Below, piece after piece: positions 40,147-53,439 of a stretch of DNA of 64,000 nucleotides. Every line of letters begins with the position of its first letter. The first letter of the stretch is position 1. Below the pieces are notes generated by a model. The model did no database searches, was not told where the DNA came from, and was given only the letters and a program-made list of their open reading frames with translations. The stretch lies in NCBI RefSeq assembly GCF_006345805.1, contig NC_042997.1:13082001-13146000 (forward strand). Reading direction: 5' to 3'. Source of the DNA: Octopus sinensis (taxonomy: Eukaryota). Position numbers and translations under genes: made by a program.

Positions 40147-40494
40147 ATATATATATAATTAAGTTACCTCTTCAAATTCTAAGTGTAAATAATCATGATC
40201 TGCATACGTATAATTCAAACATAGGGGAATCTATATCATACCTACAAAGCAATATCCTATATACCACGTGTAGATGCAATATGCATCACATATACGCGCA
40301 TATACTTTGTTTGTCTATATAAACAAATGCACCGCGTCTTTAAAATGGTGTATCTGCATCTATTCAGAAGGATATACTGCATTCAGTACGAGAATATTCG
40401 TAAGTATATCTAAATTTATACAAGCGAAGTAGCTAGTCAGAATGTCTCTATAAGAGATTAACTTATATACTGAGAAGTAATATTTATTGCCACA

Positions 40495-40718
40495 TCAACA
40501 TGGCTGTTCCGTACGAACCGACGTCACTACTATTTTTGACCCCAAGAGGAAGCAGAAGCCTGGTGGTCTGCTGGTCCTGACAAGTCGCTAGTAGGTAGTA
40601 GAGAATCACTCCTCTGATTCAATCGGGTGTTGATTGCATCGATAACCAGCTACAGGAGGGTTTTCTCTTGGGATTAAAAATAATAGTAATATCATTTCAC
40701 ACGGAACAGCCATGTTGA
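40495..40718. repeat. Foldback mini-element
   Basis: TCAACATGGCTGTTCCGT / ACGGAACAGCCATGTTGA perfect, extended imperfectly to about 55 bp; CTCCT-CTGA...GATAAC..AGGAG relic in spacer. Confidence 0.8.
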
Positions 40719-40821
40719 GTAGCGATAAACATTATTTCTATATTTATACACATATAACAAATGTGTATGTGTGTAAATATGTTTTTACATATCTCTCTAT
40801 CGCTCGCTATTTTATCTCTTC

Positions 40822-40870
<49 letters not shown>

Positions 40871-40887
40871 ATATAAATATATATATA

Positions 40888-41112
40888 TACTCTTTACTCT
40901 TTTACTCTTTTACATGTTTCAGTCATTTGACTGCGGCCATGCTGGAGCACCGCCTGTAATCGAACAAATCGACCCCGGAACTTATTCTTTGTAAGCCCAG
41001 TACTTATTCTATCGGTCTCTTTTTGCCGAACCGCTAAGTGATGGGGACGTAAACACACCAACATCGGTTGTCAAGCAATGCTAGCGGGACAAACACAGAC
41101 ACACAAACACAT

Positions 41113-41149
<37 letters not shown>

Positions 41150-41296
41150 ACAGGCTTCTTTCAGTTTCCGTCTACCAAATCCACTCACAAGGCTTTGGTC
41201 GGCCCGGGGCTATAGCAGAAGACACTTGCCCAAGATGCCACGCAGTAGGACTGAACCCGGAACCATGTGGTTGGTTAGCACACAGCCACTCCTGCG

Positions 41297-41300
<4 letters not shown>
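40888..41300 (-). mobile_element. CORE-type SINE (OR2-like), young subfamily
   Basis: Full length; near-identical to the 38071 and 42259 copies. Confidence 0.92.
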
Positions 41301-41359
<59 letters not shown>

Positions 41360-41494
41360 GTGTGTGTGTGTGTATGTACGCATATAATTATATATAAACT
41401 GAACCACAAAAATAACGTCGAACACATAGACTGTCATAGCATTGATTGAAGAGTATGAATTAAGAATTTCCTGAAACATATTTGACGTCATATG

Positions 41495-41760
41495 GTGTCA
41501 CGTGATGACAGAGTGGACCACCGTTAGCGCTGGTTACTGCCAAGCATCTTCTGTATATTGAATGCACCAAACGATTGATGAAGGCCATGGGGATAGCAGC
41601 CCACACTCTGTTAAAACTTGCAGTGAGTTGTTCCGCAGTTGTCGGCCTTGGACGGACGTCTTTTGCCTGCTTCGATTTCGTCCTACAGGTGCTCTATGGG
41701 GTCTGGACCTAGGGCAGGCTATGGTAGTGTCTACATGTTGTGCAATCCTTGTTTTCATAA
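41495..41760 (-). mobile_element. Tc1-like transposase C-terminal fragment
   Basis: P*PALGPD-PIEHL*DEI..VWAAIPMAFINRLVHSIYRRCLAV..ANGG. Confidence 0.7.
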
Positions 41761-42258
41761 AATAGTGGTATTGTAGATTAGTGACATCTTCCTGATGTCA
41801 AATTACCTAGAAATGTGGCATAAATTTTAACATCGCACTACTAAAACTGCTAACTCTTGTCAATGCCTGATTTCGATATTACTGACAAACTGCATTCCAT
41901 ATTATGTCATTAAGTCGACATAGAATTTTCTATCAGTGATATTTCAAGCTTAATATTCTTTTGTATTCCTTACAATATACATCTTTATTTAATTGCCAAT
42001 ATCTATATACATTGGTTTGTTGTTAGGTTAGATGAGTGGTTGGCCTTGTGATTTCTCTAGTCACGTGTTACATTGTATTAATAGACGGGAAGAAAGAGTA
42101 AACGAATGGTACAAAAGATAGTTAGAATAAGGGGTGCAGGATGCTAACAATAAGTAGTCGTCTTGGTGGTGAAAATTTGTCAAAGTACGCAGCATACTAA
42201 ATGGATGAGTATAATCACAAAGTTGGATGATGAGGAAGAAAAATTACAGAGGTGTTGT

Positions 42259-42499
42259 ACTCTCTTTTACTCTTTTACTCTTTTACTTGTTTCAGTCATT
42301 TGACTGCGGCCATGCTGGAGCACCGCCTTTAGTCGAGCAAATCGACCCCGGGACTTATTCTTTGTAAGCCCAGTACTTATTCTATCGGTCTCTTTTGCCG
42401 AACCGCTAAGTAACGGGGACGTAAACACACCAACATCGGTTGTCAAGCAATGCTAGCGGACAAACACAGACACACAAACACATACACACACATACATAT

Positions 42500-42542
<43 letters not shown>

Positions 42543-42702
42543 GACAGGCTTCTTTCAGTTTCCGTCTACCAAATCCACTCATAAGGCATTGGCCGGCCCG
42601 GGGCTATAGCAGAAGACATTTGCCCAAGATGCCACGCAGTGGGACTGAACCGGGAACCATGTGGTTGGTTAGCAAGCTATTTACCACACAGCCACTCCTG
42701 CG
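42259..42702 (-). mobile_element. CORE-type SINE (OR2-like), young subfamily
   Basis: Full length. Confidence 0.92.
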
Positions 42703-42705
42703 AAA

Positions 42706-42928
42706 TACGAGAGGATATTGAAAATTGCTTGGCTGTGGATAAAAAAAAAAAATACTGGAAAATCAGATATCTACCATTTTATTCAACATATTCCCCTTTC
42801 AGATTCACACACTTATTGTTGCAGTCCTTCAGTTTTTCCAAGCCCTGTAAAAGAATTCGGAATTTGAGCCTCCAACAAGGTCTTTCGCGATAACTCTTAA
42901 AGCAGAAACTTTTCAACAACCTCTCGTA
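42706..42928. mobile_element. Mariner-derived MITE (family of 5006-5226)
   Basis: TACGAGAGGATATTGAAAA / TTTTCAACAACCTCTCGTA. Confidence 0.75.
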
Positions 42929-43284
42929 CATACATGCTTGTGTAAAATAAAATGCATGACTTGGTGTGTATGCCTGGTTAACAGTTTAATAAAAAATTTA
43001 AACTTCCACATTTATCGAAAACTTGTGTGCAAAATGTCATTTAAATATATGCATTTAATAAGAATCGGAAGGGGAGAAGTATGTGAAGTGGAAAATGGTC
43101 AACGCGCCCCCGATTATAAAAATTATTTTTAAGGTATGAACATAACCGTAATGTGCACAATGGGAAATTTATCGCTGCAAAATTTCATCAAAATAAATAT
43201 GCATTCTTAAAGAAATTATGAGAACAGAGATTAGGTTGGACACCAATCTGTATATTTGTATGTGTGCATGTGTATATGTGTGTT

Positions 43285-43368
<84 letters not shown>

Positions 43369-43385
43369 CGTGTGTGTATATATAT

Positions 43386-43431
<46 letters not shown>

Positions 43432-43899
43432 GGAGAGAGAGAGGGGTGGAGAAAAGGAGAAAGATACATTCACACGCACATATATATGCAACAATATATG
43501 AATGTGTGCGTGAGTGATGGCATATGTCTGTATGTATATGAGGTCAGAAATGTACAAGAATAAACTTAAATATCTATAGCTATTCCACCAGCTTTCCCGT
43601 AAGCACTAAGATTAATTAAACTAATGGAATTAGCGTTTTGTCGTTTATTTTATCAAACCACAAAATACCACATTTTACAATTTTTGTTGACACATTTTTA
43701 CTCCAGAATGTTTGTAAATGTCCCCTGTGTAACTGTCGATTACAGAATGAGAGAAAGAGAGAGATAAAGAGAGAAAGAAAGAGATTGTCGCGAGATTTAA
43801 AAGCATGTAGTGTTATAGCATGCAAAAATTTTCAAATGTCAATTACTAGACAGGTGCAGTAGCAAAAAATATCATCATTTAAATTTAACATTTTATCCA

Positions 43900-44790
43900 T
43901 TTTTATTTCTCATTTAAACGGAACTGCTGTTTTGTTAATAATACCATCTCTAAACCAGTAGATCATATATAAAATTTCTGGGCGATATCATCAAGTGAAA
44001 CGAACGTCAATGAAGTATACGAATATAGTTTTTTCAGTAAATTGTATCATGAAACTACTCTCCTTTCAAATATAAGCATCTCCCCTAGAAACCAGAAATA
44101 AATCATATACAATGCAGCCGATTCCGTTTATTTATAATTCTTGATAAGTTTAATTTTACAAGAGATTTATATAAGTCTATTAGATAGTCATACGAGATAT
44201 ATCAGCCCTCAGGATCGCGACTATTAACTGCTTATACAAAATATATTCTTTTAAGTTGTCTTTTTCTACAGAGACCTTTGAAACCATATTTACTGTCTGA
44301 GACAGCTGTTGATTATTTCAATGGAATCAAGTGAAGCTAAAAATTACCATTGGCATAAAATTATCTTGACTTTCTTGAATAGTGGAAGCTAACATTAGAT
44401 ATAATGAATAACTCGCCAGCATGATATCGGGAACACACCTACAGGCCAAAATAAATAAAGAGCCAACGAAAGAACTTCCAAAATGTCAATCTGTTAGAAA
44501 TAGCAGCTAAATATCCTAGAAAATTATGGCCCTAAAATTGGAAGCACAAGAAGATAATGTTTTTCCAGTTAAATATGAATGAATATCGTGCACAGAATGC
44601 CTTATCTTGTAAGTCTGCTCCATCAAGTTTGAGGATGTTGCTCATAAATATCAACAAAAGTATTACGAATACATATATAACAATGTTTCTTTACATGGTG
44701 TATATTGCACGCCATTTCATTATTTTTGTTATATATGACGAGGTTAACGTTACCATAACAAGTTTAACTATCGATGGTGTGTCTTTTTAA
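43900..44790 (-). pseudogene. Putative heavily decayed CUB-like segment
   Basis: DSKYGFKG, EG*YISYDY, SSFMIQFTEKTIFVYFIDVRF; many stops. Confidence 0.2.
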
Positions 44791-45436
44791 AATTTAAATC
44801 TGATTTCTTAGAGATTGCTATCTCAGCTCTTTGTCGATATATTTACGATTATTAAAACTTCTAAATATGTTTCATTCAGACATACTTATGCAATTAATAG
44901 TAATTTATTTAACATTTGTAAAAGATGTAAAACTTTGGAATTAAGGAATTGATAATATATCAACATTACTTTGTAAGAAAACTCGTAATCATAGCCTAGC
45001 CTACCGTCTAAGAAAAGCCAATTTCTTTAACAATAGTTATTCACTGTCGAATTAAAGCTAGTCAGACTTTCATGAGCAGAAAACTGTGATATTTAGAACA
45101 GAAGAATTGACCCGTATCTACTTTGACACCACGGCCTACCCTTTGATACCTTTAAAAGAATAAACTTTATGCGAAGCATTCATGCCATGTATCCAGTCTG
45201 AAGGTAATCTCATTTCTCACCACAAATCTCTATATTAAAGCGAATATATAATCATGAAATTTCATCTTATGCTTTGGGTTGGAACGTAATCGTCCACAAA
45301 CAATTGTTTAAACATCATAAATACATAGACTCGCGCGTGTATGTATTCATAGATGTATGTGAGTGTATTTGTGTGTGTATATACATATATACACACACAA
45401 ATACACTCACACACACCTATACATACCTATACATAC

Positions 45437-45469
<33 letters not shown>

Positions 45470-45514
45470 ATATATATATATATATATAATATATGTATAT
45501 ATATATATATATAT

Positions 45515-45548
<34 letters not shown>

Positions 45549-45953
45549 TGTATATATTGTTCAAAAAGTTTAGATATCTTTACAAATCAAATTTTTATAT
45601 GTAAAAGATGGAGGTAGAAATACCACAGAAGCAAGTCTCAGACATTTCAATTTAAGAGGGAATTTAATAAAAAATTATATGAAGAAAATATTACCGCTTT
45701 CGATGTATCTCATCTTATCGAAATATCAGAAAACATTTATAAAATATTGAAGTAAAAACAGGTTATCTTCTCTCTGGTTGTCACTGTTCTTGACCCCTAG
45801 AGAGAAGATAAACTGTTTTTACTTCATATGTTTTATAAATATTTACTGATATTTGATAAGATAATATACATCGAAACAGGTAATATTTTCTTTAAATAAT
45901 CTTTTTATTAAATTTCCTCTTAAATTGAAATGTCTCAGACTTACTTCTGTGCT

Positions 45954-45985
<32 letters not shown>

Positions 45986-45988
45986 GCG

Positions 45989-46210
45989 TTTCTTTATTAC
46001 CCACAAGGGGCTAAACATAGAGGGGACAAAGACAGACAAAGGGATTAAGTCGATTATATCGACCCCAGTGCGTAACTGGTACTTTATTTATCCATCCCGA
46101 AAGGATGAAAGGCAAAGTCGACCTCGGCGGAATTTGAACTCAGAACGTAGCGGCAGACGAAATACGGCTACGCATTTCGCCCGGCGTGCTAACGTTTCTG
46201 CCAGCTCGCC
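45989..46210 (-). mobile_element. OK/Meta-like SINE, tail type B
   Basis: Reverse complement of the 33737 copy. Confidence 0.9.
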
Positions 46211-46299
46211 ATATATATATGCGTGTGTGTGTGTGTGTGTTTGTGCGTGCATGTACACAAGATAATATCAAAACCTTCCCCGACTAGTTGTGTAGTACC

Positions 46300-47030
46300 C
46301 CAACACACACTGTCACGTGCACCGTGAGAGCCAGATCTGACATTCTTGAAACAGCGTACCGAGTGACATTGCTGAGTTTACTGCACAATTTGTGAAATTT
46401 GTGTTTTTTTGTTCACGTGTATGCTGTAGTCTGCGATTTTGCCATAGACAGGAACAAAGAGCCAACGTGATATTTTGCGTTAAACTTGGGAAGTCTGCTA
46501 CAGAGACATTGTGCATGCTTCGGCATGCTTACGGCAACGAAGCCATGGGTCGTAGTCAATGTCTCGATTTGCACAGACGCTTCCAAAGCTGGATAATGTC
46601 TCTAGAAGACAATGAGCGATCTGGAAGAAATGAGCAATTTGGAAGACCAGCACGAGCTTCACCCGTGGAATTGTGGTATTTTGCATCGAGAATTCGTCCC
46701 CCAGGACTAGATTGTCGATTGAGAGTTCTACTGTGACGTTTTGAAGCGTTTGAAGGAATTCGGTGAAAGCAACCGGATCTGTGGAGTGAGAAAAATTGGC
46801 TTTTTTTACTACGACAATGTACCTTGGGTTTTTTACTACGACAATGTACCTTGTTACGGATCTCTCCTCATTCGTGAGATTCCCACAAGAAACAACATGG
46901 TATCAGCTCTGTACCAACCTTATTCGCCAGATTTATCCCCATACATACTTCCATCTCTTCTCCAAAATGAAACTGCTGCTCGAAGATCACCGTTGTCGAG
47001 ATCCAGAGCAAATCACTGAAGGTCCACAAC
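46300..47030 (+). mobile_element. Internally deleted mariner
   Basis: EQRANVIFCVKLGKSATETL..SLEDNERSGR joined to DNVP and PYSPDLSP; 27-bp tandem duplication near 46800. Confidence 0.8.
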
Positions 47031-47034
47031 TCTC

Positions 47035-48140
47035 TTACACGAAGAGAAAACCATTATGTGGTCTTCTTTCATGCTAAAAGGTGCAGTCAAATTCCCAAAG
47101 CACGAAAGAACATTCTTTGATTGTAAGCAAGAAGGACAATTTGAACAAATTAAAATATAAGTTAATTCTATACTCCGAAGTTTCACAATTAATGATTAAA
47201 TAAATCAATTAATCAATCAATTGATGGATTAACCATCCGTGGATTCTCAGTAAAATCTCTGCGACACATAATTATAAAACTCCAGTATGCACCGAAACAC
47301 ATGCAGCAGTGAATATAAGTTTAACAGTGAATTATCTCACCCAAGAATTAAAATATTCAAGTATAGATATAAAGGGTAAAATTATTAAAAATAATAATTT
47401 ATACCAAGTGGCTATCATGCATAAAAAAATATCAATAGACATAAATATTTTAAGAGTACATACGAGTTTATAAAAATTTTTACACAGAGAGAAGACCACT
47501 ATGTGGTTTTCTTGCATGATAAAAAGGGATGTCAAATTCCCAACACGAGAAAGAACACTTTTATAGCACTTTGGTTGTAAGCGAGCTACATTTATAAATT
47601 ATTTTAAATAATTTTTACCCTTTATGCTTATAGTTATTTTAATTCTTGGGTCAGAATGTTCACAGTTAAACTTATATTCACTGCTGTATTATTCTGCCGC
47701 AGAACGATCATTTGAATTGAATTCTTGGTGTGTAACGATGAAACGCACTATGCACTTGCTTCGGTGCGTATTAGAGTTTTATAAGTATGTGTAGCAGCGA
47801 TTCTACTGATAATCCACGGATGGTTAATTCATCAACTGATTGATCAATTAATTGATTTATTTAATCATTAAAGGTGGAACTTCGGAGTATAGAATTGACT
47901 GATATTTAATTCTTCCAAATTGTCCTTCTCGCTTACAAAGTGCTACAAATAAGACTGTCCTTTCGTGGATTGGGAAATTGACAGCACTTTTTAGCATACA
48001 AGAAGACCACATTTTGGACTTCTCCTCTTGTATAAATTTTTATACCCTCATATATATTTAAAAAAATATCAATGTCTACTCACATTTTAACGCATGCTAG
48101 CCCCATGGTATGAATTATTTTTAATAATATTACCCTTTAT
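47035..48140. repeat. About 1.1-kb imperfect palindrome built from a ~440-bp tandem unit
   Basis: 47035-47400 is inverted against 47585-48030; 47480-47580 directly repeats 47035-47135; 47400-47480 is inverted against 48030-48140. Confidence 0.85.
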
Positions 48141-48265
48141 ATATATAAATATATATATACCTGTGTGTGTATGTATATATATATATATGTATGTATGTAT
48201 GTATATACATACACACACTCACACCCACCCACCCACCCACACACATACATACATATATATGTATA

Positions 48266-48863
48266 TAATCATATCAAAAGGAAATGGAAATTAATAGAAA
48301 TTTTCATTTCCAGTGGCTTAGCGTGTAAAACTTTAGTTCAAAACTATGCATTAGACATAAAATACAGTGTACATTTAAACACATGAGGAATCCACTCATG
48401 GGATTCAACACGCTAGAAAGAACAGCAAGGTTCTGTAACCATAACATTAGGGATAAAATTCGACAGGAATGAAATGAAAAAATAAAAACATTTTACCATC
48501 TAATTTCCTTGACCAATTGGTTTCTGATTTTTGTTTAGCAAGTAAATAACTTATACACACGAGGTAAAATCGTTTTCAACAGGGATAACTTAGATTTAAA
48601 TATATAAACACTAGGCAATCAACTATATGCCTCTTGTTTATACATCCTAATCTTTTTTTAAATCTACCACGCAGGCGCAGTCCTTCGCCGGCAATAAAAA
48701 AAATGCCAACTTTTAAAAACCGGAAATTATCCGAAGACTTATAATATTTAATCATATCAAAGGGAAATAGAAATTGATAGAAATTTTCATTTCCAGTGGC
48801 CTAGCATTTAAAGATTTAGTCCAAAGACAATGTATGAGTCACAAAATACAGTGTACATTTAAA
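48266..48863 (+). repeat. About 115-bp direct repeat (48266-48379 / 48749-48863)
   Basis: TAATCATATCAAA.GGAAAT...AAAATACAGTGTACATTTAAA in both. Confidence 0.85.
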
Positions 48864-48867
48864 TCTA

Positions 48868-48913
<46 letters not shown>

Positions 48914-48920
48914 ATGTATA

Positions 48921-50175
48921 TATTGGGTTGACAACAATGTTCCCGCTGTTTTTCAAATTTTGAAATTTATTGCGTTTTTAAATTTCGGAATCTATTTTGT
49001 TGTTTTTCTAATTAATTTTAGTTATTTTTTGTTTATTTTCAGATCATTAAAATGGCATGTCAAGTTAAGAAAAACGAGCACTTTCAACATCTCCTTCTTT
49101 TTGCTTTTAGCAAGGTTCTAAGGCCGCAAGAGCTGCTCGTGACTTTTGTGCTGTGTATGGAGCGGGTTTGATAGTTGAAAGAACCGCTTGCGATTGGTAT
49201 ACCAAGTTCAAAAATGGAAATTTTTAACTCAAAACCACTCTTCGCTCTGGTCGCCCAGTTGAGTTCGATGAAGAGCGATTAAACCAACTTTTGCACGAAA
49301 ATTCTCGTCAAACAACAAGGAAACTGGCAGAGAAAATGGAATGCTCCCACACTGCCATAGAGAAGCATCTTCACTCGGTGGGAACGATTCAGAAGTATGG
49401 AGCAAGGATTCCGCATGTTTTAAGTGACAACGACAAAAATCAACGAGCCACAATCTCCGCTGGTTTGGTTGGTCGTCACCGCTCAACTCATGGATACAAT
49501 CAACGTTTTTTTTTTTAATACCGAATCGTTACTGGCGACGAAAAATGGTGCCTGTACATCAGTATGAAGCAGCGAAAGGAATGGCTTAGCCCCGGTAAAC
49601 AAGAGACACCGCGTGTGAAACAGAATCTTCATCCGCGTAAAATAATGTTGTGCGTATGCTGCGATTGGGAAGGGATTATCCATTACGAATTGCTGGAATG
49701 GAACCAAACGGTCAACGCGGAATTCTATGTTTAACAGATGGAACGACACAACACGGCTATTCAAGAGAAAAAACCTAATAAGCAGCATGGAGTTCTTCTG
49801 CTGCACGACAACGCCCGCCCTCATATCACCAATATGACCAAGGAAGCCATTCAAACGCAAGGCTGAGAAGTGCTGCCACTCCCACCGTACTCTCCTGATT
49901 TGGCACTAACGGATTTCCACCTCTTTCGATCTTTTTCAAATGCTATGTGCGCAGTTTCATTCAATACTGATGCACAAATGAGAGCTTGGTTGGATCAATT
50001 TTTCGATCGAAATCGGGTGATTTCTAACAACGAGGTATTGAAAATCTTGTTGAACGTTGGGAATAATTTGTAAACAACAAGGGTGAATATATTATTGATT
50101 AATTAATTATTTTTTATTAAAGCATTTAAAAATTTTAAATAAAAACCCCGCGAGAATTTAGTTGCCAACCAAATA
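48921..50175 (+). mobile_element. Full-length mariner relic (~1.25 kb)
   Basis: TIRs TATTGGGTTGACAAC / GTTGCCAACCAAATA; VTGDEKW, LHDNARPH, YSPDLALTDF. Confidence 0.92.
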
Positions 50176-50227
50176 TATATATATCCGTATATATATATAT
50201 CCGTATATATATATATATATATATATG

Positions 50228-50534
50228 ACTTCGTAACTTCGGGACCGACCAGACCATCAGATGTTGTTACACATCGCTTGTCACAATGCGTTCGCATTGT
50301 TTTAGCCTTCGAATGACGCCACCCCGCTGGCTAAGCGAGCAGGCCAACAGAAGAAAGAGTGAGAGAAAGAGTAGTGAAAGAGTACAGCAGGGATCACCAC
50401 CCCCTGCCGCAGCCTCGTGGAGCTTTTAGGTGTTTTCGCTCAATAAACACTAACAACGCCCGGTCTGGGAATCGAAACCGCGATCCTGCGACCGCGAATC
50501 CGCTACCCTGACCACTAGGCCATTGCGCCTCCAC
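50228..50534 (-). mobile_element. OR1-like SINE with alternative 3' tail
   Basis: Head and body match 7483/21101 up to CTTTCTCTCACTCT, then unrelated. Confidence 0.85.
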
Positions 50535-50551
50535 ACACACACATATATATA

Positions 50552-53388
50552 TATGTTGTACTACGGACCGACAGAAAAGAAAGTAGTCATGGAGGAGTTG
50601 CTATGTACATTCGTGAGGACCTCACACCCCAGGTCCTTTTGTCATACACAAACTCGGTGTGTGACACACTAATTGTACATATAAGGCAACTTGATGTAGT
50701 TGTGTGTGCTACATATCGCCCTCCAGATGCCACAAGCCATGTAGGCAAGTTTGAAGACTGCCTTATAAAAATAGAAGTTCTAATCACATTAGAACAACAC
50801 ATAAGTGTACTTCTTATAGGAGAATTCAATCTACCCAATGTCAGATGGCCCGAGGGCCTTTCTCTCCCAGGAATGACAAGATGTGAACGAGGACAGGCGA
50901 GGTCCCTCCTGAACCTCATCAACACCCTGTACATGGAGCAAGTAATACTCCAACCAACCAGGGCAGGTAACACACTGGATCTCTGCTTCACAAATAATAT
51001 GGATCTCATCCATAATGTGAAAGTGACACCGACACTACTCTCGGATCACAACATGGCAGAGCTGACCATGTACGGGCCAAAGGAAAGCATGGACATACAG
51101 CCTACAAGAAAACCTCAGAATCTTACCAGCTTGAACTTCCATAAGGCAAACTGGAAACAAATTGAGAAAGAGATCCTAAAACAAAACTGGCCTGAATGTC
51201 TTTCCTCGCCAGACATCGACGTGAAACTTCAACAATTCATGTCTGTAATGCAAGCCATATGCTACAAATGTGTCCCAGAGAGAAAGGCCACTGTACACAA
51301 GAACAAAATCCCCAGAGAGAGGAAAATTTTAATAAGACGGCGTACAAAAATTTCAAATCGCATAAACAAACAAATTGAAAGCAGTGAAAAGTCCCGCCTG
51401 AAAATAAAACTGTTGGAAATTGAAAAAATGTCTGAAACTCTCCCATGAAAAGGAAAGAGCAGACAAAGAAGCCTGGGCTATAGACAACATAAAATCTAAC
51501 CCCAGAGCTTTCTACAGGTATTCCAAAGACACAGCTACGGTGCACTGTAGGATAGGGCCACTCCTTGAAAAGGATGGCACACTCACAGGAAAACCAATGA
51601 GGGTATGTGAAATACTGAATGAGCAATTCAAGAGTGTTTTCACTCCACCCCTTGGGCATTTCCAAATCACCAATCCAACTAACATCTTTACCACTGCAGA
51701 TATAAAATACATCGATATAGAGGAAGACGATGTAATAAAGGCTATAGATCAAATGAAAACAGACTCAGCTACTGGTCCCGATGGATTCCCGGCAATCCTT
51801 CTAAAAGTATGTAAGAGAGTCCTAGCAAGGCCACTGCAGTTCCTCTTTCAGTGCTTCCTTGCAACTGGCAAACTTCCAAGAAAACTGAAGGAAGGTAAAA
51901 TATGCCCTATTCATAAAGGAGGTAGCAGAGCGGAGGCCAAGAACTACAGACCTATCTCTCTGACCTCACACATCAGCAAGGTCATAGAACGAATAGTCAG
52001 AAGGAAACTGATCACCTTCCTTGAAGAAAGTGACTTGTTGCCTGACACCCAACATGGTTTCCGACCAGGAAGAAGCTGCTTAACTCAGCTCCTACAACAC
52101 TATGACTGGGTGCTGAAACGACTGCTCAACCACTCAAATGTGGAAGTGATATATCTCGACTTTTCAAAGGCCTTTGATAAAGTCGATCATGGAATGATAT
52201 GTCACAAACTGCGTGATCTTAGCATAGTTGGAAAACTGGGAGAATGGCTTCATGACTTTCTGAAAGATAGAAGTCAGGTGATAGTAGCCAATGGGGCCAC
52301 TTCCATTAACACGCAAATAGTGAGCGGTGTTCCGCAGGGCACTATTTTGGGACCACTACTGTTCATAATGGCCCTCTCAGACATGCCCTCAGCCACGATC
52401 ACAAGTTATGCAGATGATACAAAAGTTGCACAGGCAATACAGAACCCTGAGGACACTAAACGCCTGCAATGTGAGCTGGACAAAATATACAAGTGGGCTG
52501 AAAAGAATAGCATGCAGTTGAATGCTGAGAAGTTTCAAGCTTTATACTATCAGCATGCAAAACTAAATGCAATACCCAATGAATACACTGGACCCGGAGG
52601 AATTGCAATCCCAGAGGCACAATCAGTGCGTGACCTGGGTATTTACATGAGTGATGACGCAACCTTTCGTGTACATGTTGCTAAATTGGCAATGAAATGT
52701 AGACGACTGGCCCGATGGATTCACAGAACCTTTAGAACAAGAGAACAAGAAACCATGATGGTCCTCTGGAGGTCACACTTGTCATAAGCCACTTTGACTA
52801 TTGCTCTCAGCTATGGTCACCATCCAGTGTCAAGTTGATCACAGAACCTGAGGCGATCCAACGTAGCTACACGAAGAAGATAGCCTCTGTGCAGAATATA
52901 AGCTACTGGGAAAGACTCAAGAGATTAAAACTCTATTCCTTGGAGCGTAGGCGAGAAAGATATGCCATAATATACATCTGGAAGATCCTGGAGGGACTTG
53001 TCCCAAACTTTGGCTTCGAGAGTTACACAAATGCCAGAACTGGGCGCCACTGCGTGGTGCCTAGGACTCCAAATTTTCCATCAGGATGTAGGACAAGATA
53101 CTGTGATAGCCTGGGCTTCCGAGGCCCACAGCTCTTCAATATCCTCCCGAAGAACCTAAGAGACCTGCATGGGGTGGATGCAGATGTCTTTAAAGTGAAA
53201 CTGGATCCCTTCTTGTTAGGTATCCCAGATGAACCAACTTCACGGCAGGAGGTACAGATGAGGGCAGCTGCATCGAACTCTCTCATGCACCAAATGGCAG
53301 TTGCTAAAAGGCATTAGTGAAGTAAAACCATGTAGCAACACCAAATGGCGGTGCCCCAGCATGGCCACAGCTCGTGAGCTGAAACTAG

Positions 53389-53426
<38 letters not shown>
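50552..53426 (+). mobile_element. 5'-truncated CR1-clade LINE (APE endonuclease, RT), three frame segments, (AATC)n tail
   Basis: ORFs 50603-51448, 51420-52787, 52835-53317; GEFNLP, TRAGNTLDL, YRPISLTS, QHGF, LDFSKAFD, GVPQGTILGP, YADD. Confidence 0.95.
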
Positions 53427-53428
<2 letters not shown>

Positions 53429-53439
53429 TATATGCACTA

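Noticed and set aside
50545-53432. ATATATATG target-site duplication around the CR1 copy
   Set aside because: Low-complexity match, and part of it could be LINE-derived.
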